From: Verrucomicrobiota bacterium
Lineage (GTDB): Bacteria > Verrucomicrobiota > Verrucomicrobiia > Opitutales > Coraliomargaritaceae
DNA: 64,000 bases
Assembly (NCBI GenBank): GCA_039815375.1
Contig: JBCBZJ010000015.1
Coordinates: 1 to 64,000, forward strand
Direction: 5' to 3'
Made by a program: the position numbers and the translations under genes. Positions 43,910-55,080 of the stretch are shown in pieces. The notes under the pieces are model-generated. The model was not told the DNA's origin and made no database searches. It saw only the letters and a program-made list of their open reading frames with translations. The stretch's first letter is position 1; every line of letters begins with the position of its first letter.

Positions 43910-44935
43910 TTAGGGCAGTTTCAACACCATAATGTAACTACCTATGTCTTCATCATCAGTGCCGAGGATAAATCCGTTACTAACAGAGTCGCCCACAAAT
44001 TCTATGGCTTCCACCTTTTTACCATATCCGCGAATGAATAGATCCGTTAATGGTATGTAAGGCTTTTGTGCATCTTCAAAGTTGCTCACACTAATAAATT
44101 CACCGATCTCGTATAACGTGCTGGCAAATGGACCATCATCGCCACCATCGAATGCTGAGGAGATATAAGTAGTGCCTTCCGGGTTTGAAATTTTTAAATC
44201 CGATACGAGTCGAGTTTGTGAATCATTGCTCCACTTGGGCCGTGGCCATTTAACATCATCCTGCTCAATGTAATACTTTTTCGAATCATTGAAGGAAAGT
44301 TCGGAACTGCTATTAACAAAGTCAGCCGCAAACATACGCGCCGAATGATCTCTCGACCCTCGGCTTGACCAGACAATTTTTGTATTGCCACTACTTTGGT
44401 TCACAAAAAAAGCGACCGACTCGATTTGCTCTGCGCTACTGTTCTTGCCGGACAATGTTAATTTTCCCTCTCCAGCGAGCAGGTTATCAATCTGGTCAAT
44501 GCCGTTTATTGTAAAACGCCAGTAGCGACCGCTGGAGGTTGTAGCGACGAACTGTTGATTCAAATCAAGTGTATTGGGAACAGCTGCAACACTTTCTAGG
44601 TCTTTGAGATTATCGGGATAGCCAGTGGGCCAGATGAGTTCGATTACTCCGATCACTTTAAAATTACTATCCAGATTAATCATCACCGTTCGGGGCTCAT
44701 CGCTATTTCTGTTATCAAGCACCCCCAGGAAGCTGTAAGCAGCGTTGTGTCTGGGTGGAGTAATGCGAGCTAGGCCCGACAATCCTTCAAGGGGCCCTGG
44801 GGAGGGAGAAGTAAATTCCAATTTTTGCCAGCGCCCCTCCTCGTTTGCTACAATCAATGGACTGAAGCTCAAAAAGCCTAAAAATAATAATAAGTGATTT
44901 AAGCTTAGGAGGCGTGAAGGTTTTATTGGATACAT
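43910..44935 (-). CDS. Secreted hypothetical protein, possible beta-propeller; AT-rich
   Basis: Signal peptide; repeated GLSG / DLES.A / IES.A / KVEAI / GTDDE motifs reminiscent of phytase-like propellers. Confidence 0.55.
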   Translation of the reverse strand: MYPIKPSRLLSLNHLLLFLGFLSFSPLIVANEEGRWQKLEFTSPSPGPLEGLSGLARITPPRHNAAYSFLGVLDNRNSDEPRTVMINLDSNFKVIGVIELIWPTGYPDNLKDLESVAAVPNTLDLNQQFVATTSSGRYWRFTINGIDQIDNLLAGEGKLTLSGKNSSAEQIESVAFFVNQSSGNTKIVWSSRGSRDHSARMFAADFVNSSSELSFNDSKKYYIEQDDVKWPRPKWSNDSQTRLVSDLKISNPEGTTYISSAFDGGDDGPFASTLYEIGEFISVSNFEDAQKPYIPLTDLFIRGYGKKVEAIEFVGDSVSNGFILGTDDEDIGSYIMVLKLP

Positions 44936-45143
44936 TATTTTCGGTGGATTTATGCTGAATTTAACTCTGGTTAACGCGGTTAGTAAGAATCTAAATGAGG
45001 TCAAATAAATAACGGTAAATAAATATGAGTCGTCCGCAACTCCAGTAGGCGTAGGTTCATGTTAGGCTTCTCGCAGTAGAAGAGTATAGCGACTTTGAAC
45101 TTGTTCTGTTTTGGGTGACCGACCACTTAGCATCGAAAACACG

Positions 45144-45222
45144 AAGGTAGGGACGGCTGCCCTCAATCGTCCACCGTGCCTGTCCGATGTGATGGACGCC
45201 CGAGGGCAGGCGTCCCTACCTT
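45144..45222. repeat. GTAG-family REP doublet (REPIN-like)
   Basis: 30-bp arms AAGGTAGGGACGGCTGCCCTCAATCGTCCA / TGGACGCCCGAGGGCAGGCGTCCCTACCTT (4 mismatches); each arm is GTAG plus an internal GGACG...CGTCC palindrome. Confidence 0.8.
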
Positions 45223-45327
45223 TCTGGGAACGCCTTCATTCGGCAGCCTCTTTTCAGGGCACCCAGCACTGCATCGCGAAATTCTCCGGCTCTTTCGTCC
45301 GGGTAGGCGACTGTAGATTCGTGTGCT

Positions 45328-45356
45328 AAAAAAAAGCCGCCCGGATCGGGGCGGCT
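45328..45356 (-). terminator. Intrinsic terminator
   Basis: A8-GCCGCCC...GGGCGGCT on the plus strand gives a hairpin plus U-run on the minus strand. Confidence 0.8.
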
Positions 45357-45378
45357 CTCAATAAAATGTTTATCCAGC

Positions 45379-45627
45379 TTACTCAGCCTTTTCAGCTCTT
45401 TGTTTGAGCTGGTCCATCAGCACAACAAGGAACATGTAAATGGCGAACCAGAAGGTTGCCGCTACAGGGAATGCGGCGAAACAGGCCTGCGCCTGAGCAA
45501 TCAGCGGGTCTGGCGAGAAGGTGAACGGGCGCAGGGTGAAAGCCATGAATCCATAGAAGCAGAGCGTGAGAGCATTCGCAATCACATGGTGCACGGGCTT
45601 AAGCAACTGTTGGTAGGACTTTTCCAT
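45379..45627 (-). CDS. Small two-TM membrane protein
   Basis: 82 aa, two hydrophobic helices, followed by a terminator. Confidence 0.65.
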   Translation of the reverse strand: MEKSYQQLLKPVHHVIANALTLCFYGFMAFTLRPFTFSPDPLIAQAQACFAAFPVAATFWFAIYMFLVVLMDQLKQRAEKAE

Positions 45628-45672
45628 TTCTTCTCTAGCCAATGGCCGAGTGCTCGGCTGTCAAAACGAAAG

Positions 45673-46608
45673 TTACGAATCAAGTCCTCGATTTTCTTTG
45701 CGGCTGCTTATGACAAATGCTGCAGAGCATAGACCAGCTAACAGAGCAAATAGTCGGAATTCGGGCACGGGGTTGGCAGCGATGAAGGCATCGATTTCTT
45801 CCGAATAATTTCCCAGATAAGAGAAACCGCTGAAATTCCCAACCGATGAGAACCAGTTTAGCCCGATTATGGTCAGGCCACCCATGCCGTCATCAACCAA
45901 CACCGGGCCGCCTGAATCACCGGCTCTGAGGAAAGCCTCGGAACTTACGTAATTCGGATCGAGGACATCGTCATACACAGCGACTACTGCCTCGTGGGTT
46001 CCTTCATAATCAACCCACCAGATATCCAGTACATTCCTGCCAACAGCGATGTCCTGGGTCGTATCCCAGCCGGGAGTCGGAGAACGCCCGAAGATAAAGG
46101 CTGTTTCTTCATAGTAGGGTGCGGAAGAGATATCGTATGCTCCGCTTGGAAAAGCCTGGTCGAAGGTTTCCGTTGCGTAATCGTAGTAAGCGTAGTTGGA
46201 GGGCAGAGGTGAATCCAGAACTCCAATCCGTACGTCGCTTGAGCCGATCTGCTGGCTGCTTTGAACGGTTCTTGTAGTTGAACCACCTAAAGGATCATTC
46301 GATGCATAGAAAGTAACCGACTGACCGTTGTTGGGGAAAAAGGTCGAATGCTGCACCGAAAGGAAGACATTCGGGCTGATCATGGTCAGCCAACGACCGT
46401 CGGTGTCTGAGTCAGTCAATGGTGCTTCATCTGCAATCGCAACTCCTGAAAAGTCCAATCCGGCTCCAATGAACGATGCGTCGTTGGCGAACCTGTCGTT
46501 CGTTAGCGTATCAAAGTTGTCGATATTGATAGCTCCGTTCACGGAGCTGCACAAAAGAAGTGTAACGAGCAGGGTAGTTATGTTCTTGAGGGGAAACACC
46601 CTAGACAA
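45673..46608 (-). CDS. PEP-CTERM-type exported protein with trypsin-like serine protease motifs
   Basis: Signal peptide; FLSVQH, SDVRIG, GDSGGP; C-terminal PVPEF + TM + basic residues. Confidence 0.8.
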   Translation of the reverse strand: MSRVFPLKNITTLLVTLLLCSSVNGAINIDNFDTLTNDRFANDASFIGAGLDFSGVAIADEAPLTDSDTDGRWLTMISPNVFLSVQHSTFFPNNGQSVTFYASNDPLGGSTTRTVQSSQQIGSSDVRIGVLDSPLPSNYAYYDYATETFDQAFPSGAYDISSAPYYEETAFIFGRSPTPGWDTTQDIAVGRNVLDIWWVDYEGTHEAVVAVYDDVLDPNYVSSEAFLRAGDSGGPVLVDDGMGGLTIIGLNWFSSVGNFSGFSYLGNYSEEIDAFIAANPVPEFRLFALLAGLCSAAFVISSRKENRGLDS

Positions 46609-46640
46609 ACTGCATATTTCTTAAGATTTGTAAACCTGCA

Positions 46641-47396
46641 TTACTGCTTAGCTCTGAGCCCAATCAGAAACTCGCGGTTGCCATCCGTGCCCTTGATGGG
46701 CGAGTCCGTTGTTCCGATGAGTTCGGCACCTGGCAGCTCAGAGAGTGCAAAGTTGCGGATTTCGCTGAGCACACGCTCATGTATGGCCTCATCGCGAATA
46801 ATCCCGCGAGCGGCATCGACTTCCTCTTTTCTGGCTTCGAACTGAGGTTTAATCAGTGCGATCAGGCAGCCGCCTGTTTCCAGGAATTGCCAGACTGCGG
46901 CCAAAACTTTAGTCAGCGAGATGAAAGACAAGTCCATTACAATAAGCGGATAGGTATCGCAGGGTAGGTCGCCGGGTTTGAGGTGGCGTGCATTCGTCTT
47001 TTCTAAATTGGTGACGCGTGGGTCCTGAATCAGTTTATTGTGCATCTGGGCTCGACCCACATCAACACAGGTCGCGCGGATTGCTCCGCGTTGAAGACAG
47101 CAATCGGTGAAGCCGCCTGTCGACGCGCCAACGTCGAGAATGTGAAACCCTTCGACTGGAATCTCAAATTCATCCAAGAATCCTTCCAGCTTTTCACCGC
47201 CGCGACTAACAAAACGCGGCGGTTTTTCGACGATTAGTTCGGTATCCCGGGAAAGTGCTCTTCCGGGTTTATCCAGTCGTTCCGTGCCGAGCAGAACCTT
47301 GCCCGCGAGGATGAGCGCCTTTGCCTGCGAGCGGGAGTCTGCCAGACCTTTATCAACCAGTAGTTCATCCAGGCGAATCTTCTTGTTGGCCGACAT
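46641..47396 (-). CDS. tlyA: TlyA family rRNA 2'-O-methyltransferase
   Basis: S4 domain [49 protein letters not shown]. Confidence 0.95.
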   Translation of the reverse strand: MSANKKIRLDELLVDKGLADSRSQAKALILAGKVLLGTERLDKPGRALSRDTELIVEKPPRFVSRGGEKLEGFLDEFEIPVEGFHILDVGASTGGFTDCCLQRGAIRATCVDVGRAQMHNKLIQDPRVTNLEKTNARHLKPGDLPCDTYPLIVMDLSFISLTKVLAAVWQFLETGGCLIALIKPQFEARKEEVDAARGIIRDEAIHERVLSEIRNFALSELPGAELIGTTDSPIKGTDGNREFLIGLRAKQ

Positions 47397-47533
47397 TATT
47401 TATTATCCAAGCTCTGGAATCGTTTTTTTCGCAGTTTTGTATGTATGGTATTTTCGATACTCAGAAGTTTCGAAAATAAGGATTTCAACTAGAGACTCGC
47501 AATCTTTTTGATCCTGACAATATTAGTAAGCCT

Positions 47534-48958
47534 ATGTGTCTTAATCGCATCCCCTTATATATTCTGATTTTCTTTGTTCTGACCAATGGCTCTTTTTCAC
47601 AAAATCGTATAGGAACGGGTGAGGTCAAAGAAATCTATGAACAGTATTGCCTCTCCTGCCATGCCGCTGATCTGAAAGGCGGTCTGGGTAATTCACTGTT
47701 GGACCGGTCCACTTGGAAAATGATCGGTCCGGATCTCGATTTTATTGATTATGTGCTCGAAGGTCAGGTTGAACTTGGGATGCCTGCTTACAAGGGTGTT
47801 CTGACTCGGGCACAAGTTCGCTCGCTTGAAGTTTATATTGAGGAAAAGCGCGCCATGGATGATGCGCTACCTGCTCCTGTGGCAAATGAAGGAACGTATG
47901 AATCAGGTGGATACAGATTCAAGTTGGAAACAGTTGTAGAAGGCTTGGAAATTCCCTGGTCGGTGGCGTTTCTCCCCAGTGGTGGTTTGTTGATTACGGA
48001 GCGGGACACGACAGATTTACACCTTTATCAAGATGGTAAGCTGCACCCGCGAGTCGAAGGTATTCCGGATGTCTGGAACAAAGGCCAAGGTGGGCTGATG
48101 GAGGTCGCGCTCCATCCTGATTACGAGCAAAATGCTTGGATTTATCTAGCTTACTCGGGCCGGAGCCCGGAAAACACCGAAGGTAAGGAAGTTGGCATGA
48201 CAAAAATTGTTCGAGGCCGTATTGTGGATCACATCTGGACAGATCAGGAACTTATCTTTGAAACGCCCACTGAAATGCATTCTCCATCGGGGGCTCATTT
48301 CGGCACTCGTCTTGTCTTTCAGGATGATTATCTCTTTTTCGGCATTGGTGACCGGGGCAACATGAACTCTGCTCAGGATCTGAGTCTTCCCAATGGTAAG
48401 ATTCACCGCATTTTCGACGATGGGCGGATACCCGAGGACAATCCCTTTGCGGAGAAACCAGATGCATACCCAACCATCTGGACATTGGGGAACCGCAACC
48501 CGCAGGGGCTTGATGCGCACCCCGTTAGCGGCGAACTCTGGGAAACGGAACATGGCCCGAGAGGTGGTGATGAGCTGAATTTGATCGAACCGGGCCTGAA
48601 CTATGGCTGGCCGGTCATTTCCTACGGTATGAATTATAACGGGAAACCAATTACTGATAAAACCGAAGCACCCGGCATGGAACAACCCGAATGGCAGTGG
48701 ACGCCATCCATCGCGGTTTGTGGAATCGATTTCTACGAAGGCGACCGATTCCCGGAATGGAAAAACGACCTATTCGTCGGTGGCCTGGCTTCTCAGGAGC
48801 TGTGGCGAATACAGATTGAGAACGGCGAGGTCGCCTCGAAGGAAATTATTCTAAAGGATGAAGGCCGCGTGCGTGATGTTGCGAATGGTCCGGACGGATA
48901 TCTATACGTTGTGCTCAATAAGCCGGACAAAGTTGCTCGGCTTGTTCCTGCCGAATGA
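47534..48958 (+). CDS. PQQ-dependent sugar dehydrogenase (YliI/GdhB-like) fused to N-terminal cytochrome c
   Basis: CLSCH heme motif; [45 protein letters not shown]. Confidence 0.9.
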   Translation: MCLNRIPLYILIFFVLTNGSFSQNRIGTGEVKEIYEQYCLSCHAADLKGGLGNSLLDRSTWKMIGPDLDFIDYVLEGQVELGMPAYKGVLTRAQVRSLEVYIEEKRAMDDALPAPVANEGTYESGGYRFKLETVVEGLEIPWSVAFLPSGGLLITERDTTDLHLYQDGKLHPRVEGIPDVWNKGQGGLMEVALHPDYEQNAWIYLAYSGRSPENTEGKEVGMTKIVRGRIVDHIWTDQELIFETPTEMHSPSGAHFGTRLVFQDDYLFFGIGDRGNMNSAQDLSLPNGKIHRIFDDGRIPEDNPFAEKPDAYPTIWTLGNRNPQGLDAHPVSGELWETEHGPRGGDELNLIEPGLNYGWPVISYGMNYNGKPITDKTEAPGMEQPEWQWTPSIAVCGIDFYEGDRFPEWKNDLFVGGLASQELWRIQIENGEVASKEIILKDEGRVRDVANGPDGYLYVVLNKPDKVARLVPAE

Positions 48959-49794
48959 AACGACCAGTCGTTGTTTTTAGCTACGACTCGGGATCGCTCG
49001 GCGAGGCACTGGCAGGCGAATTTGATTTGCCGTTAGTTGATGCTTCCGGGCTAAAAAAGTCCAGAGCCAAGGACCGGTTGTGCTTTTACCAACAGCATTC
49101 TGTCGAGAGCCGATTTCTAGCTTTTATCGTCTCGGAAGGTGCAGTGCGCATTGCTTTAATCGACGAAACTAAAGTGCTGGCCATTGAAGCCGATTTTACC
49201 GGAGCGACGGTCAGCTATCGGAGGAAGCACGGAGGAGGTTCAGGACAAATGATCGCCAAAGCAGTAGGCATCAAGTCGGGATATGTGCCTGCCGTTCTGG
49301 ATGCGACTGCAGGACTTGGTGGCGATGCTTTCGTGCTTGCGAGTCTTGGTTGCGAAATGACGTTAATCGAGCGTGTGCCAAGTGTTCGGGCTATATTGAG
49401 GATCGGTTTGCAACGCGCTAAAGAGCACCAAGAGGATGCACAACTAGTAGAAACCCTGGAGCGGATGAATCTTTTGGAATTTGATAGCCGTGATTATCTG
49501 AAGCTGCTGCCCGAAAAATCCCGACCTGATGTAATCTACCTCGATCCGATGTTCCCTGAACGAACCAAGTCGGCTGCGGTAAAAAAAGAGATGCGAGTCT
49601 TTCACGAGCTGGTTGGCGCAGACTCGGATGCCTGCGAGCTCCTGCCCCTGGCCTTGGAGAGCGTGCGTTGCAGAGTCGTCGTCAAACGTCCGAGAATTGC
49701 TCCTGTATTGGCCGGAGCCTCGCCGAGCTATGTTCTCAAAGGGAAAAGCAATCGCTTCGACATCTATGTAAAGGAAAAGCTGCCGGATAGTTGA
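48955..49794 (+). CDS. rsmJ: 16S rRNA m2G1516 methyltransferase
   Basis: [45 protein letters not shown]. Confidence 0.9.
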   Translation: MKRPVVVFSYDSGSLGEALAGEFDLPLVDASGLKKSRAKDRLCFYQQHSVESRFLAFIVSEGAVRIALIDETKVLAIEADFTGATVSYRRKHGGGSGQMIAKAVGIKSGYVPAVLDATAGLGGDAFVLASLGCEMTLIERVPSVRAILRIGLQRAKEHQEDAQLVETLERMNLLEFDSRDYLKLLPEKSRPDVIYLDPMFPERTKSAAVKKEMRVFHELVGADSDACELLPLALESVRCRVVVKRPRIAPVLAGASPSYVLKGKSNRFDIYVKEKLPDS

Positions 49795-49824
49795 CCTCAG
49801 CACTATTTTCGTTGGGCTGAAGCC

Positions 49825-50934
49825 ATGGAACCAAATTTTGAGAAACTAGCCGAAGTCTTGACCGGCTTTTCCACCAATTTACAGAAGGATGAACGCGTCC
49901 TGATCGATGCTTTTGATATCCCTGACTCAATGGTCGTCGCTCTGGTGCGTGCCGCTCGAGAGCGGGGGGCCGTGCCCTTTACAAATATCCAGCGAGCTCG
50001 AATCAGTCGGGAGCTGGTAAATGATGTGGATGTGAACCAGTTCGAAACGCAAGCTGGCTGGGAGCTGGCCCGTATGGAGAAGATGGACGCTTACATTGCC
50101 ATTCGGGGCTCGGATAACATCTTCGAAATGTCAGACGTGGATCCGGTCAAGGTCAACCGAGTGATGCGTGCGATGAAGCCAGTTCTCGACCATCGCGTGA
50201 ACAAGACCAAATGGGTGATCCTACGCTGGCCGACGCCGGCCATGGCTCAGCAGGCCATGATGAGCACGGACAGCTTCGAAGACTTTTTCTTCCGTGTCTG
50301 CACTCAGGATTACTCGCGCATGACCGAGGGCATGGCTGCTCTTAAGGAACTGATGGCGGCGACGGATCAAGTTGAACTGAAGGGTCCTGAAACCGACTTG
50401 CGTTTTTCCATCAAGGGCATTGGTGCAATCGCCTGCGGCGGAACCCATAACATTCCTGACGGCGAGGTGTTCTCCTGCCCGGTCAAGGACTCCGTTGAGG
50501 GAGAAATCACCTACAATGCACCGACGGTTTATCAGGGCGTCTCTTTTGATCGTATTCATCTTAAGTTCGAGCAGGGTAAAATCGTCCACGCCGACGGGAC
50601 CAACGCCGATCGGTTGAACGAGATTCTCAACTCCGACGAAGGCGCCCGCTACATCGGAGAATTCGCAATCGCCTTTAACCCCCATATTCTCGAGCCGATG
50701 CGCGATATCCTCTTTGATGAGAAGATTGCGGGCTCTTTCCATTTCACCCCCGGCCAAGCCTACGAAGAGGCTGACAATGGGAATCGCTCGCAGGTCCACT
50801 GGGATATGGTCCAGATCCAGCGCCCCGAGTATGGTGGTGGTGAAATCTGGTTCGACGGCGAGCTCATCCGCAAGGATGGTCTCTTTGTGAAGGATGAGCT
50901 GAAGAAGCTGAATCCGGACTATTTGCTCGCCTGA
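49825..50934 (+). CDS. Aminopeptidase, M29 family
   Basis: [34 protein letters not shown]. Confidence 0.92.
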   Translation: MEPNFEKLAEVLTGFSTNLQKDERVLIDAFDIPDSMVVALVRAARERGAVPFTNIQRARISRELVNDVDVNQFETQAGWELARMEKMDAYIAIRGSDNIFEMSDVDPVKVNRVMRAMKPVLDHRVNKTKWVILRWPTPAMAQQAMMSTDSFEDFFFRVCTQDYSRMTEGMAALKELMAATDQVELKGPETDLRFSIKGIGAIACGGTHNIPDGEVFSCPVKDSVEGEITYNAPTVYQGVSFDRIHLKFEQGKIVHADGTNADRLNEILNSDEGARYIGEFAIAFNPHILEPMRDILFDEKIAGSFHFTPGQAYEEADNGNRSQVHWDMVQIQRPEYGGGEIWFDGELIRKDGLFVKDELKKLNPDYLLA

Positions 50935-50993
50935 TAGAAAAATAAGCTAGGAGGCTTGCCCTCAAGCCTCCGCGTCGTTTTCAATCTACCTGA

Positions 50994-52151
50994 ATGGAGC
51001 AAGGTTATCAGGTTATCGCACGCCGCTGGCGCCCGAAGCAGTTCGATGAGCTGGTAGGGCAGGACCACATTGTCCGCACGCTGCGCAATGCGATTGAAAC
51101 CAAGCGTATTGCCCATGCCTACCTGTTTGTTGGCCCGCGCGGCACGGGTAAGACCAGCACGGCCCGGCTTTTCGCCAAGGCCCTCAATGCAGAGGGTGGG
51201 CCCAGCGCCAAGCCGGATAACGAATCCGAAATCAGCAAGGCCATTATGGGTGGTTCCTGCATGGACGTGATCGAAATCGACGGTGCCTCCAACAACTCCG
51301 TCGATCAGGTCCGCGATCTGCGCGAAGACTGCCAATACGCGCCCACTCAATGCACTTATAAGATCTACATTATTGACGAAGTGCATATGCTTTCTACTGC
51401 TGCATTTAATGCGTTGCTCAAGACACTTGAAGAGCCACCCGGGCATGTGAAGTTTTTCTTTGCGACGACTGAGGCGCACAAGGTTCTACCGACCATTGTT
51501 TCTCGCTGCCAGCGCTTTGAGTTTCGTCCCATTTCGGATGCTGTTATTGCGGAGAAACTTCTTCAAATTTCTGAAGCTGAAGGTATCAAGGTCGAAGCTG
51601 AGGCACTGAAGTCCATCGCCCGCCTCGCCAATGGCGGGATGCGTGACGCGCAGTCCATTCTTGATCAAATGATTTCCTTTTGCGGGAGCGAAATCAGCGA
51701 AAGCGATGTGCTTGATGTCTACGGTCTGGTTTCTTCCGAGCGCATCGCTGAGCTCGGTAAAGCTCTGGGTTCGCTTGATTTCCCCGCTATTATTGCAGCA
51801 GTTGATGGTTTTGTCGAAGAAGGGCGGGACCTCTATCGCGTCTTGCTCGATCTTGAAGCTCATGCCCGTGGGGCTTTACTTGATGCCATTCAAAATGGTG
51901 GCTCAACAGAAAAGCTTGGCACCAGTCTAAGCACCGAGTCGATCATGCGAATGCTGGATGCACTCCATCGTGGTGAGGCATCCGTCCAGAAAGGACTTTC
52001 TGAAAAGGTTAACTTCGAGGTCGTGCTACTTAAGGCGGCCGAGGAGTCCCGCTCTCGGGCCATTGATAGTCTGATTAAACAAGTCTCTGCGGCTGCTTCG
52101 ACAGGCTCAGGACAATCCGGCGGCGGAACCGGCGAAAAAAAAAAGCCCTAG
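50994..52151 (+). CDS. dnaX: DNA polymerase III gamma/tau, zero-frame (short) product
   Basis: [50 protein letters not shown]; ends GEKKKP-stop after an A10 run. Confidence 0.96.
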   Translation: MEQGYQVIARRWRPKQFDELVGQDHIVRTLRNAIETKRIAHAYLFVGPRGTGKTSTARLFAKALNAEGGPSAKPDNESEISKAIMGGSCMDVIEIDGASNNSVDQVRDLREDCQYAPTQCTYKIYIIDEVHMLSTAAFNALLKTLEEPPGHVKFFFATTEAHKVLPTIVSRCQRFEFRPISDAVIAEKLLQISEAEGIKVEAEALKSIARLANGGMRDAQSILDQMISFCGSEISESDVLDVYGLVSSERIAELGKALGSLDFPAIIAAVDGFVEEGRDLYRVLLDLEAHARGALLDAIQNGGSTEKLGTSLSTESIMRMLDALHRGEASVQKGLSEKVNFEVVLLKAAEESRSRAIDSLIKQVSAAASTGSGQSGGGTGEKKKP

Positions 52152-52516
52152 TTCCGCCACCGCCTAAAAGCGAAGCTGCCTCCGAATTGGAGGACGATGC
52201 TTTGCAGGTTGCGGTCGAGCAAAGTGGGGTGGGTTCACCGGCACTTGGAGAGCAGCCTGTTGTCGGTGCCGAGCGAACCACCTCCGAATCAGAAGAGGAG
52301 CGCTTTGCTGCCTATGCCGAAATGGAAGCCGCGGCACCGCTTGAGGTGGCTGAAGCGTCTCCCTCACTTCAGCCGAGTGCGAAGGCTGAACCTAGTCTCA
52401 CTCTCCAAGATGCCGCCAAGTGTCTCAGCCCGAAAGTCCTTCAGGCGCTGGAGGACCAATTTAATGGCAGTCTTACCGAGGTGCGTGCACCGGACGACAA
52501 AGACCAGTTCTTCTAG
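52145..52516 (+). CDS. dnaX: Putative -1-frame C-terminal extension of DnaX (tau-specific tail)
   Basis: Frame is open from the A-run to TAG at 52516 (123 aa): Pro/Ala/Glu linker, then [20 protein letters not shown]. Confidence 0.7.
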   Translation, partial: ALVPPPPKSEAASELEDDALQVAVEQSGVGSPALGEQPVVGAERTTSESEEERFAAYAEMEAAAPLEVAEASPSLQPSAKAEPSLTLQDAAKCLSPKVLQALEDQFNGSLTEVRAPDDKDQFF

Positions 52517-52565
52517 AAATTTACGGTTGACGGGCAGGGTGCTGAACTCAACCTCCTTTCCTTTG

Positions 52566-52644
<79 letters not shown>

Positions 52645-52850
52645 ACCTAGGCCGAAGCTTCGGCTGGCTGCGTTGCTGCATTTATCTTGTTGATCTAGCA
52701 GTTGTATAGCCTTTCGGGAGGCTATTGGATAGGTCAACTTAGAGTCGTTTTCCAGTTTGCAACAGCCTGGTAAGTAATTGGGACTAGTTACACATGAGGT
52801 CGAAATATTCTTTGATCTTGTGGCTGCTGAAATCCATAGTTTCATAGATA

Positions 52851-54983
52851 ATGACTAGAATCGCATTTATTTTCGGCCTTTCTGCGGCACTGTTTCCGAG
52901 TCTATTTGTAGGAGCAACGGGTGCCGATCCGCAGTTTGATTCACCTACGTCGGTTCTTAGCACCAAAGAGGGTATTGTTTACGCGATGGGAGCTCCGATT
53001 CCTGAATACCCTCCGATCGACAATCCGATCCTTTCTTTCGATCAGATTCTGCAACCCTACAGTGGGCCCATTGTAGTCGATCAGAAGAACGAGAACATTT
53101 ACAATAAGGTGATGACCGGCTATCAAGGTTGGTTCGGGCATAAGGACGACGGCTATAATTTCGGCGAACGGCATTGGGGGAAGATTTTGGACGATCCGCC
53201 GCGCTGCACAGTCGATCTGTGGCCCGATATGAGCGAGCTCGATGACGATGAGAAATATCTGACCAATTTCAAATACCCTGACGGCACTCCCGGAATGGTC
53301 TTTAGCTCCCGCAACAAGAAAACTGTTGTCAGGCACTTCAAATGGATGCGTGAGCACAACATCCACGGTGTATTCAAGCAGCGCTTCGGCGCGCGCTTCG
53401 TAAATAACAAAGGTAACTACTATGAATCGGCTGACGACCTTCAAGTGCTTTCACATGTCCGGGAAGGTGCGAATCGCTACGGTCGTCTATTCGCACTTAT
53501 GTATGATGTTTCGTTCAATGCTGCGACGGTGGACGGTATGATTGAGGACTGGAAGAGGCTTTATCACAAAATGCGAATTACGGAAACACCAGCCTACATG
53601 AGGCACCGAGGTGGGCCAGTAGTGACTTTTTGGGGTTATGCCGACAAGACCCGAGATTGGGACCCGGTGGCCGCTGAGAAGCTTTTCAAGTTCTTCAAGG
53701 ACCCTGCGAACGGTGGTTGCACGATTATGGTCGGTGTGCCGGATAACGATTGGGCGCGGTGGGATGACGAGCGGATGGAACTGCTCAAGAAGTATGTCAC
53801 CATCGTCAGCCCGTGGACGGTGGGCCGCTACCGCTCGCCGGAAGATGCACGCAAGTTTTTTCGCAACAGAGTCCCCGGAGATTTGGCGGTTACGCGTGCC
53901 AACGATTTGGACTACTATCCGGTGATCTTTCCCGGCTTCAGTTGGACTAATCTGAAGCAAGGTGCCGAGCTCAATCTAATCCCGCGCCTCGGTGGGCGGT
54001 TTTTGTGGACGCAGGGGGAGCTTATAAAGGAATATGGAATCAATATGGTCTATGCGGCGATGTTTGACGAAGTGGACGAAGGCACTGCGCTGTTCAAGGT
54101 CACGAACAACCCACCGATCGGGCGCTTCGCCACTCTGGAAGGATACCCGAGCGATTACTATCTTCGACTTACAGGCTTGATTGGGCAGATGGTGGCCGGG
54201 AAGTCTGTGCAGTTTCCAAATATCACACCTGAGCCTGATACTTATGTGCCTCTATCATCTCTCGAATACTATCAGGATGCAGATTACTTTTCCGAAAGTA
54301 TCACGAGTGCATGGAAGGAAGTCTTCGAGCGTATCCCGGTGATCGTGGATAGCGAGGATTATGGGAAATGGGCACTTTCGCTCAACAATGTGTCTTCCGT
54401 TCTCAACATGTATTTCCGTCCGTGGCAGGACATTGTTAAGATAAAGCCCAGTAAATATGTTCTGGTTATGGCTCAGCAGCGCGATCGTTTTACGACTGGC
54501 GATGTGCCTATGTCCAAGCTTACCGACTTTATCAAAAAGTGCATGCGCGAGGGAACTCTACTTCTCGTTATGTCGGATTCGAGGAATCCGCTGCAGGCCC
54601 CTGATCGTGGTTCGGCTGCTGAGGCAATTGGTTTTAGAATATCTGATCAGCGGGGGTCTAGTGACTGTACCGTCCAATTCGATGAAATACTCGGGAAGCA
54701 GTTAGCAAAATGGACTTGGAAAAATCCCCACGGTAATACGCCCGCAGCGCGCCTCATGAGAAAAGAAGATTATCCGCAGGCGATCAGTTATCGCTCGCTC
54801 GCCATGGTATACTCGGCAAGCGGAGAGTATATTGGAGATGCGGCCGCCGTAGTTCAGCCTGGAGAGGAATTTGGTTCCGGTAAAATAGTTTACGTCTCCA
54901 GTATGCTCACGACGCTACCGGGTTCGTGGAAGAAGCGATTTCTCGAAGGCGTGATCAGCGCTATTGCTGAGCTCTTGGGTTGA
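52851..54983 (+). CDS. Secreted glycoside hydrolase, GH71/GH99-like, with extra C-terminal domain
   Basis: Signal peptide; KVMTGYQGWF, HF.WM, QRF, MYD, SPWTVGRY, PVIFPGFSW.NL, AMFDEVDEGTA. Confidence 0.8.
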   Translation: MTRIAFIFGLSAALFPSLFVGATGADPQFDSPTSVLSTKEGIVYAMGAPIPEYPPIDNPILSFDQILQPYSGPIVVDQKNENIYNKVMTGYQGWFGHKDDGYNFGERHWGKILDDPPRCTVDLWPDMSELDDDEKYLTNFKYPDGTPGMVFSSRNKKTVVRHFKWMREHNIHGVFKQRFGARFVNNKGNYYESADDLQVLSHVREGANRYGRLFALMYDVSFNAATVDGMIEDWKRLYHKMRITETPAYMRHRGGPVVTFWGYADKTRDWDPVAAEKLFKFFKDPANGGCTIMVGVPDNDWARWDDERMELLKKYVTIVSPWTVGRYRSPEDARKFFRNRVPGDLAVTRANDLDYYPVIFPGFSWTNLKQGAELNLIPRLGGRFLWTQGELIKEYGINMVYAAMFDEVDEGTALFKVTNNPPIGRFATLEGYPSDYYLRLTGLIGQMVAGKSVQFPNITPEPDTYVPLSSLEYYQDADYFSESITSAWKEVFERIPVIVDSEDYGKWALSLNNVSSVLNMYFRPWQDIVKIKPSKYVLVMAQQRDRFTTGDVPMSKLTDFIKKCMREGTLLLVMSDSRNPLQAPDRGSAAEAIGFRISDQRGSSDCTVQFDEILGKQLAKWTWKNPHGNTPAARLMRKEDYPQAISYRSLAMVYSASGEYIGDAAAVVQPGEEFGSGKIVYVSSMLTTLPGSWKKRFLEGVISAIAELLG

Positions 54984-55080
54984 GTGTTTCCATATCGCCA
55001 AGGCCTGAAATTTTCTAGAGTGAATTAGAGGTATTCGGGCTGAAAGACTTTCTCAAAGTGATTTCTTCGAGAATATGGTC

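Noticed and set aside
52096..52110. CTTCGACAGGCTCAG inside dnaX, resembling a REP-like motif from other phyla
   Set aside because: Single half-site encoding a plausible ASTGS linker; no partner arm found
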